A stretch of 63,759 nt of DNA, counting the filler, from Octopus bimaculoides (taxonomy: Eukaryota), in assembly GCF_001194135.2 (NCBI RefSeq). It is 5 parts of 5 records of this genome, joined end to end, with 100 filler letters (N's around TTAATTAATTAA, not from the genome) between each part and the next. Parts side by side here need not be neighbours in the genome. Positions count along the whole stretch, not along the records: positions 19,538 to 44,004 come from NC_068987.1; positions 44,105 to 59,724 come from NW_026324903.1; 3 more parts are not named here. One strand, written 5' to 3'. The notes below the pieces were generated by a model. It was not told where the DNA came from and made no database searches. It saw only the letters and a program-made list of their open reading frames with translations. Numbering within the stretch: the first letter of the stretch is position 1; each line of letters starts with the position of its first letter. This document shows, piece after piece, positions 38,923-51,302 of the stretch. The position numbers and the translations under genes were made by a program.

Positions 38923-39493
38923 GATGATGATGATGATGATGATGATCAACCTCATCTTTTCCCCCGTTTCCTTTTGTTCTTTATTCTTCGGAATCCTGAT
39001 GTTATTAGATTATCATAATCATTATTATTCACTGACTACGACGCGAACCGTGAGCGATTTGCTGCTGTTGGAGTGGCTGTGAGAGTATATAGAAGATGGC
39101 CGGAGGCTTTAGAACAGCAATATTTAAAGTTAGGCATCACATTGTTCTAAAGTTCAAACTACAGACGTGGTCTTGATTGACTTTACTTACTACTGTCCCC
39201 TCGACACCTTTTCCATTTATTAGTTTACATAATAAAGTTTCTTCCTTGCTCTCCTCCTCGGAAGAAAGACGATGTTTTCAGTTCTTTTTTTTGTTTTGTT
39301 TTTCTATTCCTACGGATGTTTTAACGTGTGATACAGTGTTGCGCAGAGGCTGACCGGGTCATAACACTAATCGTAATCGAATCAGAGTCTAAAGATAGGG
39401 AGAGAAGGAATGTCTCTTGCTTAAGACTTACCATGACGAGGGCCATTTTTAGATACTTCGCTTAAATCACATCAACTAGAACACCAACAATAA

Positions 39494-39709
39494 AAATGAT
39501 TTCAAATTTTGGAAGGCCAGAAAGCACGGGGGAGAGGATGAGTCGAATACATCGACCCCAGTGCTCAACTGGTACTTGTTTTATCGATCTGGAAACGATG
39601 AAAGACAAAGTCGTCCTCGGTGGAATTTGAACTCAGGATGTAGCGACGGGCGAAATGCTGTTAAACATTTTGTTCGACGCCCTAGCGATTCTACCAGTTC
39701 ACCGCCTTA
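39494..39709 (-). mobile_element. SINE family B
   Basis: CTGGTACTTGTTTTATCGA, GGAATTTGAACTC and CGATTCTACCAGTTCACCGCC. Confidence 0.85.
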
Positions 39710-40503
39710 ACAACAACAGCAATAATGATATTAAAGATTTCTGAGATTGGTACAGAACCGCAGCTGTTGGAATGACGATGGCGATATAGTAAATTAAATC
39801 TTCTCCAGTACTTAATATGGTACTTTATTTTATCAATCTCCGGAGACTGAAAGGCAAAAGAGAACCCCGTGGCAATTGTGTATAAAACTAAAATGGCTGT
39901 AATTATCGACTTTTAATTCACGCGCCCGCAACTGAAATGCGACTCACATTGTTTCGAAAGGAATCTGTCCATTTCCCCCATTAACTTTGGTAAATCTTAA
40001 ATTACATATTTTGCGTATCGGCCACAAAAAACATCAGTGTGGTTGAGTGGTCTTCCTTCTCTATTAGGTTGCACAAATCTCCAAAGTATAAAATCTGATA
40101 AGGCCTGTTGTTCACATAAGAAGCGCCCAGCAAAACCAACCATGCTTTGATAATCCTTTCTACTATAGGGACGATGTTTGAAAGTTTTGGAGAAGTGGAT
40201 ATTTGTTTGTATCGATCCCAGTACTTGATTGGTACTTATTTCTTCGACCTCGGTGGAATTCACCCAAGCCTAATGTAGCCACCATGAAAGTTGCGTCCAA
40301 GGAATCAGATTAGCTAGACAGCGAAAGTCGGGTCCCTAGAGTAAAGCATCGTTCCCAAAGCATCGAAAGTGAGCTCTTTTGCGGTTAGACAAATAAAAGC
40401 ACCCAATCCGACGAAGCCGACTGAAATAACATCTGAATGCAGAAAACTAATATTAACGATACGATGCGGAAAAATTACTCTGAGTATCAAAGAAATTACT
40501 AAC

Positions 40504-40723
40504 AATCCTTTCTAGTATAGACACAAGGCCTGAAAATTTTGGGGAAGGGTTAAGTCGATTATACTGATCCCATTACTTTACTGGTACTTAATTTATCGAC
40601 TCCGAAAGGACGAAAGGCAAAGTCAACCTCGGTGGACTTTGAACTCAGAACGTAAAGACGGACGAAATACCGCAAAGCATTTTATCCGGCGTGCTAACGA
40701 TTCTGCCAGCCCCTCGCCACCTT
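40504..40723 (-). mobile_element. SINE family B, full length
   Basis: Reverse complement of TGGCAGAATCGTTAGCACG..GAGTTCAAA..TTGCCTTTCGTCCTTTCGGAGTCGATAAATTAAGTACCAG..GGCCTTGTG. Confidence 0.9.
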
Positions 40724-40757
40724 ATATTTACTAGTCTCATGAGTCAGTATTTTCTTT

Positions 40758-40956
40758 AAAGCAGCGAACTGGCTGAATCATTAGCACGCTGGGAAAAAGG
40801 CTCAGCGGTATTTCGTCTGACTTTTCCTTTCCGAGTTCAAATGCCGCCAGGGTCGACTCAGGTTTTCAATCTTTCGGAGTCGATAAAATAAGTACCAGTT
40901 GAGTACTGGAGTCGATGTAACCGACTTACTCATTTCCTCGAAATTGCTGGCCTTGC
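40758..40956 (+). mobile_element. SINE family B, full length, head-to-head with the previous copy
   Basis: A/B-box-like TGGCTGAATCATTAGC and GAGTTCAAAT; core GTCGATAAAATAAGTACCAG. Confidence 0.9.
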
Positions 40957-41162
40957 TAATGATGATGGCTTCCTTTATTCTCAGGTTCCCAATGTTTCGT
41001 TACGTGGCATTTATAGGAACCTGTTAACTATATTATGCGAATATGTATATGTGTATATATATATATATATATAGACGGTTTAGATATAGATTCAAGGTTG
41101 AATATGGTACTTATGCGTAGGCACCCGAATATCGTATCCCAAAAGGATAGGTGATCAAAATC

Positions 41163-41211
41163 AAAAAATAAGCAACACGGATTTCCGTGAAATCCGTGTT
41201 GCTTATTTTTT
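41163..41211. repeat. Perfect 22-23 bp hairpin related to the 12801 foldback terminus
   Basis: AAAAAATAAGCAACACGGATTT-CCGTG-AAATCCGTGTTGCTTATTTTTT. Confidence 0.9.
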
Positions 41212-41224
41212 TATATATATACAT

Positions 41225-41590
41225 AGGCACAGGAATGACTGTGTGGTAAGTGGCTTGCTTACCAACCCCATGGTTCCGGGTTCAGTCTCACATCGTGGCA
41301 CCTTGGGCAAGTGTCTTCTACTATTGCCTCGGGCCGACCAAAGCCTTGTGAGTAGATTTGGTAGACGGAAACTGAAAGAAGCTCGTCGTATATATTTATA
41401 TATGTGTGTGTATATGTTTGTGTGTCTGTGTTTGTCCCCACCATCGCTCGACAACCAGTGTTGGTGTGTTTACGTCCGGCAAAAGAGAGCGATAGAATAA
41501 GTACTAGTCTTACAAAGAATGAGTCCCGGGGTTGATTTAGCCGCTGTCAAATTACTGAAACAAATAAAAGAATTAAAGAAAAAGAATATA
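41225..41590 (+). mobile_element. SINE family A, near full length
   Basis: Head, CORE-like motif, TA/TG linker and tail ACTGAAACAAATAAAAGAAT are all present. Confidence 0.92.
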
Positions 41591-41680
41591 CGTAAGAATA
41601 TATATTTCGAGTTACGCTAAGAAGTGTTGGACGCTACCAGCATTTTCGACTCGTGTCAAATACGCCAAATCGTTATAAGA

Positions 41681-41787
41681 ATGTTTTGAAATATTTTAAC
41701 TGAAGAAGGTCTTACGTAATGGACACGTTTCCTATTATCTATTATGCAGAACTGAAACGTACGTACGTATTAAATATTTCGAAATAT
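41681..41787 (+). ncRNA. Type I hammerhead ribozyme motif
   Basis: CTGAAGA 41700-41706; stem II AGGTCT/AGAACT (5 of 6 bp, extended further); GAAA 41754-41757; stem III ACGT/ACGT closing a palindromic ACGT loop; GUA cleavage triplet 41767-41769; stem I GAAATA(T)TTTAA 41688-41699 pairs with TTAAATATTTC 41770-41780 and extends through 41681-41687/41781-41787. Confidence 0.75.
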
Positions 41788-41893
41788 CCCTATTTGGTTT
41801 GACTTCATTATTACAACTTACATACACATATGTATAATACATACATACATACATACATACATGCATACACACAAACACACAGACACAGACACA

Positions 41894-41990
<97 letters not shown>

Positions 41991-42599
41991 ATATATATAA
42001 ATATATATATGAACACACATGCATACATATACATATTTATATGTATAACTGTATGCATACTTATATATGATTTCGATGTCACAGTCAACTTCGAAGCTTC
42101 ACTTACCCAGCTAACGATGTTTATCACAGGATTAACTTCGAATTCACTGTCAACCTTTTGTTTGCAGAAATAAATTTTATAATCTCCGTATAATACATAT
42201 TGTGAGTTGTTTGTCAGATTATGTTTGTATATCTTTTTGTATGATTATACATAAAACACAAATTAATGTGCGTGTGCATGTGCATATATGTTTACGCGTG
42301 TATGTATGCATGTAAGCATGTATGTACGTACGCTTTTAAGTATGTATCTATGTATGTATATATATATATATGTGTGTGTGTATGAGCACGAGTCACTAGA
42401 TATATACTCATACGTGTGCACATGTATGTGGGTATATATATATATGTATTAACGAACACGTCTTTCACGTTAATCCGTTTTAAGCGGATTTATGTTTTTC
42501 CTCAAGACTTTAAAATCGATTACAGAACAACTATTTTCGATTTCCATTTGAATTATGACATTGATCCGTCTGAGTTTTCTCTCTGCCTACTTTGCCCGC

Positions 42600-43017
42600 T
42601 CCTCTACCTCCCTCACAATCCTTCTCTCTCACTCTCTCTCTCTCTCCCGCTTTCTCTCTCTGTCTCTGACTTTCTCTTCCTCTTTGCTTTCATTTTTTAC
42701 TTGTCTTTCATGTAGTATTTTTTATTCTTTCATTTTATTCTTGTGTTCTTTCTTTTTATCTCTTTCATTTTTATATCCAATTTTCTTTTCTTCCATCCAG
42801 TCCTTTTTTTCTCCCATCCTTCATTCTTTCTTTTTTCTTTTTCTTACTGGATATTCTTCCTTTCTCGCATTGACTCTTTCTTTCATTTCTTCCTCCTCGT
42901 TCACCTCTTTCTTTCTTTCTTTCTTTCTTTTTTCCCTTCTTTCTTCCTTCCTTCCGTCGTTCGTTCGTTCGTTTGTTCCTTTCTATGTTTCTTTTTTCCC
43001 TTTTTTCTTCCTTTTTC

Positions 43018-43053
<36 letters not shown>

Positions 43054-43058
43054 TTCCA

Positions 43059-43090
<32 letters not shown>

Positions 43091-43430
43091 TTTTTCTTTT
43101 TCTTTCTTTCCCTCATTCATTCATTCATTCATTCATTCATTCATTTCCTTCGTTTCTATTTTCAAATCTTTTCTTCCTTTTTCAGATTACAAATAAGACT
43201 TTTACTTTCCCCTCTCTTTTTTTTTTATTCATTCTTTATTTTTTCTACCTTTCTACCTTCCTCTACTTTCTTTTCTCTTTCCCTCTTTACGTCTTTCTCT
43301 CTCTTTCGTTCGTTTTCTCTTTCCTCCCGTGTCTCTTCCTTTCATTTCCCCCTCTCCCTTCATTTGTCTTTCCTCCCCCATTTTCATTTTCTTTCTTTTC
43401 TTCTTCCTTTCTTCCTTCACTGCATACCCT
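42600..43430. repeat. About 830-bp pyrimidine-rich low-complexity tract with (TTTC)n, (TTCA)n and (TTCG)n
   Basis: Direct reading. Confidence 0.9.
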
Positions 43431-43560
43431 ATGGATGATCGATAGACAATCAACAAATCTGACATTGGTGATTGATTACACTTGAAAAGATTAATTTAAA
43501 TCATTTGACCATAGAGTTGCGTTGTAGAGACTAAAGTGTAATTGTGTATGTGTGTGTATA

Positions 43561-43604
<44 letters not shown>

Positions 43605-43687
43605 TGTGTATTTGTGTGTGTATATGTGTGGTTTAGTTTTTGAGTATATGTTTCCCATTACCATTATACAAAAACACAGCTATTCAC

Positions 43688-43731
<44 letters not shown>

Positions 43732-44104
43732 GTATGCACGAATATATTCGCGCAAGCACACACATACATGTATCCATATGTGTATGATTGCTTGTTTGTG
43801 TGTGTGTGTGTAATCATGGATGTATACACGTGAAATATTTCTGTGTATTACGTATACGTTTTGCATATATGTATGCATACATACGTACACAGACACACAC
43901 ACACACACAAACATAAATATAAATATATATATATACATACATATATATACATATATATATACACATACATATATACACACATACATACAAATACAACACA
44001 CATANNNNNNNNNNNNNNNNNNNNNNNNNNNNNNNNNNNNNNNNNNNNTTAATTAATTAANNNNNNNNNNNNNNNNNNNNNNNNNNNNNNNNNNNNNNNN
44101 NNNN

Positions 44105-44140
<36 letters not shown>

Positions 44141-44835
44141 AAGGAAAAAGGAGGAAATGGAGATTTTGAAGTTAATAAGGGTTTATTATCAGCAACAAAT
44201 CAATCATTATCCCTTACAGCTGCTTCAATTATACACAGTACACTTACAAGTATAATTTATGAACATCTTCACAAAGTTGGTAGACAGTAAAGATCACTAT
44301 CATAAAGTCATGAGTTTGATTCCTGGACCAAGTAATATATTGTGTTCTTGAGCAGAGCACTCCAGTTGACATTGCTTTAATCAACTCAGCTAAATTGAGT
44401 CTCTGCCCAGTGCTGGTACAGTCCTGTCTCCCACCAGCTCTTAGGTCCTGGATCTTCCACTACGGTCATGAATGGCAGGGCCGAGATGATATCTATTTGT
44501 ACACATGACTACATATTCTCAAATAACTAGTAAAAACATGGTACATGAAATCAGGTTGCCAGTCAAGGCTGTAGGTAATTAGTTATAAGCTAAAGAGAGC
44601 AGTGTAAATACAGCATAAATATTTCAAATCCTTTCATTAAGACTGGGAATAATTTTGACACATTTTGTTACAAACAAGCACTGAGTGAAGGACTGGTGGG
44701 TGAGAGAGGTAACCAATTTTCTCCTAATAAATGGAAGAATACAGTTACAAGAACAAATATTACAAAACATATATTAATTATCCTTACCAAAACTCAATTT
44801 CAAAGCTGCAAATATATCTATAACAATTTCTATAC

Positions 44836-45055
44836 TTTTTTTTTTTACTTGTTTCAGTCAGTTGACTGTGGCCATGCTGGAGCACCGCCTTTAGTCAAAG
44901 AAATTGACCCCAGGACTTATTCTTTGTAAGCCTAGTACTTATTCTATCTGTCTCTTTTGCCGAACTGCTAAGTTATGGGGGATGTAAACACACCAGCATC
45001 AGTTGTCAAGCGATGCTGGGGGACAAACACAGACACACAAACATATACACACATA

Positions 45056-45111
<56 letters not shown>

Positions 45112-45225
45112 TACGACAATCTTCTTTCAGTTTCCGTCTACCAAATCCACTTACAAGGCTTTGGTCAGCCCAAGGCTATAGTAGAAGACACTTACCCAAG
45201 GTGCCACACAGTGGGACTGAACCCA
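44836..45225 (-). mobile_element. SINE family A, near full length
   Basis: Reverse complement of the tail, (TA)n linker and CCCAAGGTGCCAC..GGGACTGAACCC head. Confidence 0.92.
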
Positions 45226-46037
45226 TATCCATCTTCCTTACAAAACCCTTTTCTATTATCAAAAAACTTAATCTGTCTTTGTATTTGAAAGACCTCAGCA
45301 CATGATATGGTGTCTTACCAATACACAGAACTTTAGGCAATCACCTAAATTGTTGATACATTCAACCAGCCCTAGTTATAGTGACCAGTTTAGTAAATAT
45401 ATTTACTTCCATACATTAGTTACCAAAGAAAGGATTTCATCAATCACCTAATTCAGTGCTGGTTTAACACATAGGCACAATGGGCACTTGATCAGAGATC
45501 CCATGGATCTAAGGGCCCAAGTCAATCTATGTTGTGGCTCGCTGTCAATAAATAAATATCACTGGCTCCAGTTTGCTGCTTTGCCCAATGGTCTTTAATA
45601 CTATTAAAATTCTTTAATACTATTCATCACAGCAGACCCCAACTAAAATAGATAATGTGATTGCTGGGTTAAAAGAACTAAATACGAAAAAGTAACACGG
45701 CAAATCTTGTATATTTTCCAAGTGATCGTTTCACCGCCTCTTCAGCATCTGCAGTGAAGTCTATGCTTTGTTGACGAGTTCTTAATAAGACCGAAATACG
45801 ACCAGAATAATTAAAATGCCTGTCATTGACGGATATTTTTCCCCGATTTTCCCAGCATTAAATACATTAGCAATAATTTAACATCCCCTTTTATTTTATC
45901 TATTTTATTCTGTTTAGTGTGGCGTCTGTGAGTTTTTCATTCATTATGCAAAGATTCTGGAAATTCTGATATCTCATGGATCGAAGAACAAAAGAAAAGT
46001 TAGTGAATGATTGAGTGAAACAGACAGAGAAACAGAG

Positions 46038-46076
<39 letters not shown>

Positions 46077-46568
46077 TTAGTTAGTACTAACTTTATAGGT
46101 ATAAAATGAAAGAACATCTGACTAAATAAACAAACTACGCACACTTGTTTCTGTAATGTTAAACAAGCTAGTAACAACACTTAATTCACCTCTTTATACT
46201 TAATTCGTTAAATTTTGATAATTTATTATTGATTCTATCACTAAAACGATATCTTCTCCATAGTAATTATTTAATGTATCATTTTAGTTATTTTTGGTTA
46301 AATTATATATATATATTACAAATATTTTACATAATTACTGAAAAATAAACAGTAGTGGAATACGAAACTGCGAACCGTGCGCAACTGTTTAGTCTTGTTA
46401 CTGATATATTTAATTAGTATATAAATAAATATATATATATCTATTTTATGATAATAAAGAATTGACATGTTCTATAAATTTTTAATTCTCTTAAGCATCT
46501 GCGTCGTGAATTATTTAATCCGAAATCAAAATGTTATTTCTGTTTCTAGCTTTTATAACAACATAAAC

Positions 46569-46610
46569 ATGGCTGACCGTCTTACTCAACTCCAAGATGT
46601 TGTGAATCAG
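46569..46610 (+). CDS. MED21: Mediator subunit 21 (SRB7), coding exon 1 (MADRLTQLQDVVNQ)
   Basis: ATG at 46569. The translation matches the hallmark MED21 N-terminus MADRLTQLQD. Canonical donor CAG|GTGAGT at 46611, phase 0. Confidence 0.97.
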
Positions 46611-46759
46611 GTGAGTATTTTACTTCGTTTCTATTATTTTTCAGAATTTCATCGCATCATCTATTGAATATATTACACAAGTTTTACAACAGTACCATAA
46701 AATTGTATTTTTATGGTAACACAGTAAGAAATATATCGTCTTTCTTCTCTATCAATGAA

Positions 46760-47690
46760 ATTAGCCATTACTCTTGCTTTGCTGAGTAAAAAGACTTCCT
46801 ATTATCCGCCTCTCTACCTTTCAATTTTGGTTCTTCAGTTTTTGTACTGTATATCCATTTCATTCCTATGTTCCATTTCTTGCCATCATCTATTTCTTTT
46901 GCGGTCTCTCGGAATCCACTCTCTTAGCTTTTCTGTCCACTTGTTTTTATTTTTCCTTTGTACGTGTCCAGTCCGACTCCATTTCAATAGTTTGACAGTT
47001 TAATTTTACTTGGTTTCGAACCCATTTCATTATTTTATTGTCTTTCCACATTATTCCTAGTGTAATGTGTTCGAGAGCGTATTTATCTGTCCTTCCCTTG
47101 ATTGTTAGGCGTAATATTTCTGCATCATAAATTGCTAAGAAGACAGTGGTTGTCTGCTCGACTTTTAAGGTTTGGTATATTTTGCTCTTAAAAGTGGAAT
47201 TTACCTCCCACTAGCACCGACTTCAAATCCGAAATCATGTCGCTGGTTTCCTTTTCCCTCTTTCTACTTGGTTGTTTTTAGTTGGCCAAAGTAAGTATAA
47301 CTTTATTATTTGAAAGGATGTTTCTTCCACTTGGATACCGGGAACTTCATCCTTCCCATTTATGGATCACAATTTGGTTATTTTAGTTTTCAGTTAATTC
47401 CCAGCCCTACTGCCTTGTTTTCTGTATTTAGTCGTTCTTATATGGTTTGAAGTTCGTTCGAATCTCTTGACACGAGATCCATATTGTTTGCGAGTCGAAG
47501 GGGTTTGAAAACTTGTCCGTTGATTCTAATTCTCATTTCACCTGTCTCTATGTGCAGTCCCTGAGACACTTCTAACATCCTTTCTGTAAATTACAGACCA
47601 CTTCTAGCAATTGATTATAACTATGAAACTTCTAAGCAGTCGTTTGACATTCTAGGAATAGCAGCCGCATTTTCTTTAAACCACACTCCA
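46760..47690 (-). mobile_element. Decayed RTE-like LINE 3' portion in MED21 intron 1
   Basis: Minus strand: INGQVFKPLRLANNMDLV..ELQTI*ERLN..VGLGIN*KTK (decayed FADD region), YTYFGQL, and KLLKWSRTGHVQRK..KWTEKLREWIPRDRKR. Confidence 0.78.
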
Positions 47691-49039
47691 CTGTCTTACA
47701 TAAGGAACTGTACATTCTACAATGTAATTCTACATATCCTTAAATAGACGGTATGGCCACTGAATGACTTTCTTTAATCATAGGATTAATCGGGGACTTG
47801 TCAACAATTCAAATGTTGATACATTCCTATTCGCTTTCAAAAAAAAAAAAAAAAAAATGAAAAGAAAAAAATCAACAAAATACTCTAGAAGTGAAACGCA
47901 GAGGAATAATTAAACAATAAATTGCATTAATATTGCTCTAGAATGACGAATATATAGAAATTAAAAAGAAATTTAAGTGAAATCATCTAATGTAAACTGT
48001 ATGACTAAGCTTCTGTTTCATTAACTTAAAGGGAAATAACCTCTATTTAAGAATAAAATACAGATGGAAACTTGCTTTCTAACGTAGGCGCAAAGGGTTC
48101 GGTTTCCTATACTTGACTAGTATTTTTAATTCCAGAAGAATGAAAAGCAATGGAAACTTCGACAAAGTTAGAACAGTGTATTAAAAATTAAATCACAAAA
48201 TATTTTGTCTCGCTCTCTATTAATACAATTTTTTAATTACGCTTGTAATAATAATGGATTTGCAAAATTACTAGATGACTGCCAAAAATACCTTATGGTA
48301 TTTAGTTAAGTCTCTTTACGTCTTGATTTCAAAATTTCTAGTAGAGGTCAATTTTTCTTTTCATCCTCCCGTTTGATAAAGTACCGTTCTTTTACAACAG
48401 CCATTATAATCAACTATGCTCACTGCTCTATTTCGTGGCCTTGTGCCTATTTTAAAAATCCTCTTTATTATGAAGTAATATGTTTGATTGGGACCAACGT
48501 TTTGCTACAGTTAGCACTATTATTAGGATAGTGTAGTTGCAGAAACAGATTGTCTGACTAAAAAAAAAAAAAAATTCCTTGCAGTATTGTATTCTGAGTT
48601 CTGGGCCATTTTGCCTTTCATTCCTCCTGGATTGATGTGCTGGGATCAATTCAATTGTTGATATTCCTTTTTTACAAATGTATGGCTTAGTATCAAAGTC
48701 AGAAACAGCATTAATATAAAGAACATTACTGGTGACATGAAAAAGCATCTGATACACTGAAGCGGTTGGCTATAGGAAGGGCACCCAGCTGTAGCAACCA
48801 TGTCAAAGCAGATATCGGAGCTCGGTATAGCTCTCTGGCTTATTGCTTCCTATTGAACTATCCAACCTATGCCAGGGATGTTAAATGACGATGGCCAAGT
48901 GATTTGTTGAACTGATAAAATGAAACCTGCAGTTAGCTTTCAAACTTTCCAAAGAGAACTAATGCTTGTATTCCCAGGAAAATTGTTTCCAACATCCCAT
49001 TGCTATGCCAGCATGTTTTAAAACTATACAAAATGGAAT

Positions 49040-49204
49040 TATCATATTTTAATGTGTATAAGGAACCCTTTTTTGTCAAAAATTAGGTTAAAAAAATATG
49101 GGCGCTTCTTATACATTGATAGTATTATAATCCCTTATAAAACCTTTTTCCAACTTTTAAGCCCCCAAAACTATGGGGTTCCTTATACACTTTAAAATTT
49201 GGTA
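49040..49204. mobile_element. 161-bp Tc1/pogo-like MITE in MED21 intron 1
   Basis: TA-TCATATTTTAATGTGTATAAGGAACCC ... GGGTTCCTTATACACTTTAAAATTTGG-TA. Confidence 0.7.
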
Positions 49205-50427
49205 GATACTGTTAAGAATTTTTGGTTTGTATGGTTGATTTCTTTGGTGTTATGTAACCCAGGTTAGATAAAATCTAGTGAAACTCCATGATAGTCTCTT
49301 ATATAGACTACATTATCACTATTTTCTGTAGTAGATAGTAATATCATAGGTGTGTTGCCATTTACAGTGTTCTATGGAAACTGGTTAAAAGGTTGTATGG
49401 ATTTATTAACTTCTATTCTATCATTTATAGTTCATGTGATGATCAGACTTATCAGGGCATGTATATATATATATATCACAGTATTTCTTCCAGAGGTTGC
49501 AATACAGAGATGTGCTGAAGAGATGTATAAAGATCTCTGGCTTCTCTCCAGATGCTTGAGAGGAGAAGGGCAAGTGGTGCAATAAATGGTACCGATTGCT
49601 GAAAGTATTAGTTCCAGCCATTGAGGAAAGACAACAATACGAAAGAGCACCTGAGAGGTGTCACTTCTCGGTAGCTCTATCTCCTAGAGATGAAGAGCAG
49701 GCCTCATGGTGTACATGCAAACCTGCCAGAGATGATAACTGAGCAAGAACAGTCAACATAAACCCATGACAGCTGACCGAAGAAGATATATATATATATA
49801 TATGTATATATGTAAATAGGCACTAGTATAGCTGGTGGTTATATTTTTTTTAACAATAAGGTTTGGGGCTTGTTCCCACTGTGTGGATGCCGACAGTCAG
49901 TCCTCTACTCTAGCTGCAAACTATGGCCCACACATCTTTTTGAAAGGTACACCAACAAGTTTTTAATAGTGCACTCTGCCTGATTTTGAGCCATACCTCA
50001 TGCAACCTCAAAAAAGGGTTGTCCATACTTTACCTATACTTTGTGAGTAAAATTTGGTAGAAGGAAACTGGAAGAAGACTGAATAATTCTCTTTCCTTGA
50101 TATGTGCATGCTGATTGTAAGCAAAGTGTTGCTATTCATACAAATGACATTGTTTTAGTTCTCTGCAAAAGCATATCTGAGCTGGTCATTGTTCAATAAT
50201 CCAGAGCAATGAAGGCAAACTTAACTCAGAATACAAAGAGCTGGAAGAAATATATATATATATATTATATATAGTATATAAATTTGCTCCCCGATGGTTT
50301 CATGATTTCTGGTTCAGTTTCACTATGTGACATCTTGGACATGTGTCTCAACTTTAGTCAGACCAACCAAAGCCTTGTGAATGGATTTGGTAAACAGAAA
50401 CTGAAAAGAAACCATCATGTATATATA

Positions 50428-51302
50428 TACAGGGTGCAATGGGTAAATTGCTGCCATTTTTATACATTTAGTGTTGCGCATGAGCGTTGATTTTGATTTT
50501 GTTGACTACACAGTATAGTAGGGTCAGTTGGGCACTATCTGTGAGAAAAACAGCACCATAATGCAATTCACTCTGCCAGAAATTTGGAAACGACATACTC
50601 TACTGCTTGGCACTTGCGCCAGAAGATCCAGTATGAACATTTCAGAATGTTTGGGTGTCAATCTGAGGACATGTACCGAGAGTGATAAAAATCAAACATC
50701 CAGTTAACATCATGGTGTTTGGAGTAATCACTAATGATGGCGATGTTATGTCTTCATTCATCTTCCCACACAGCCTCAGTCTCAACATGGAGGTCTACAT
50801 CAAGTGCCTGGAGGAGATGGTACTGCCCTGGGTCAAGAAGGTGTCTACTGGAAGACCCTATGTTTGGCAACAGGACTCTGCAACATGCCACACAAGCAGG
50901 AGAACCCAGTCATGGCTGTCAGACAATTTCTGTAACCGCATCACCCCTAACATCAGGCCACCTAACTCCCCAGACTACAACTTCCTTGATTATTATGTGT
51001 GGGGCGCAGTTGAGCAGGAGAACAGCAAAACTCCTTGTAAGACCAAAGATGAACTGAAGGCAAGGATTATGGCAGTATTCACCAACTCAAACAAGGAGAC
51101 CGTCCAGAAGAGTTGCAGGAGATTCCAAAGTCGTCTGGAGGCTGTGGTTGAAGCCAATGATGATTTTATTGAATAAATTTACTCTTTATTATTTCAAGGT
51201 ATTTTTATGTAATTTTGGTAAATATATGTGTTAAAATGAGATGTTAGTGTTATTTTCATTTTTGCGTTATTTACATGATAATATATTCACTGCATCCTTT
51301 GT
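50428..51302 (+). mobile_element. Internally deleted maT (DD37D) Tc1/mariner element in MED21 intron 1
   Basis: Left end TA-CAGGGTGCAATGGG; short N-terminal remnant from ATG 50561; ORF 50682-51176 with WQQDSATCH..PPNSPDYNFLDYY, 37 residues between the two Asp. Right TIR poorly preserved. Confidence 0.85.
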
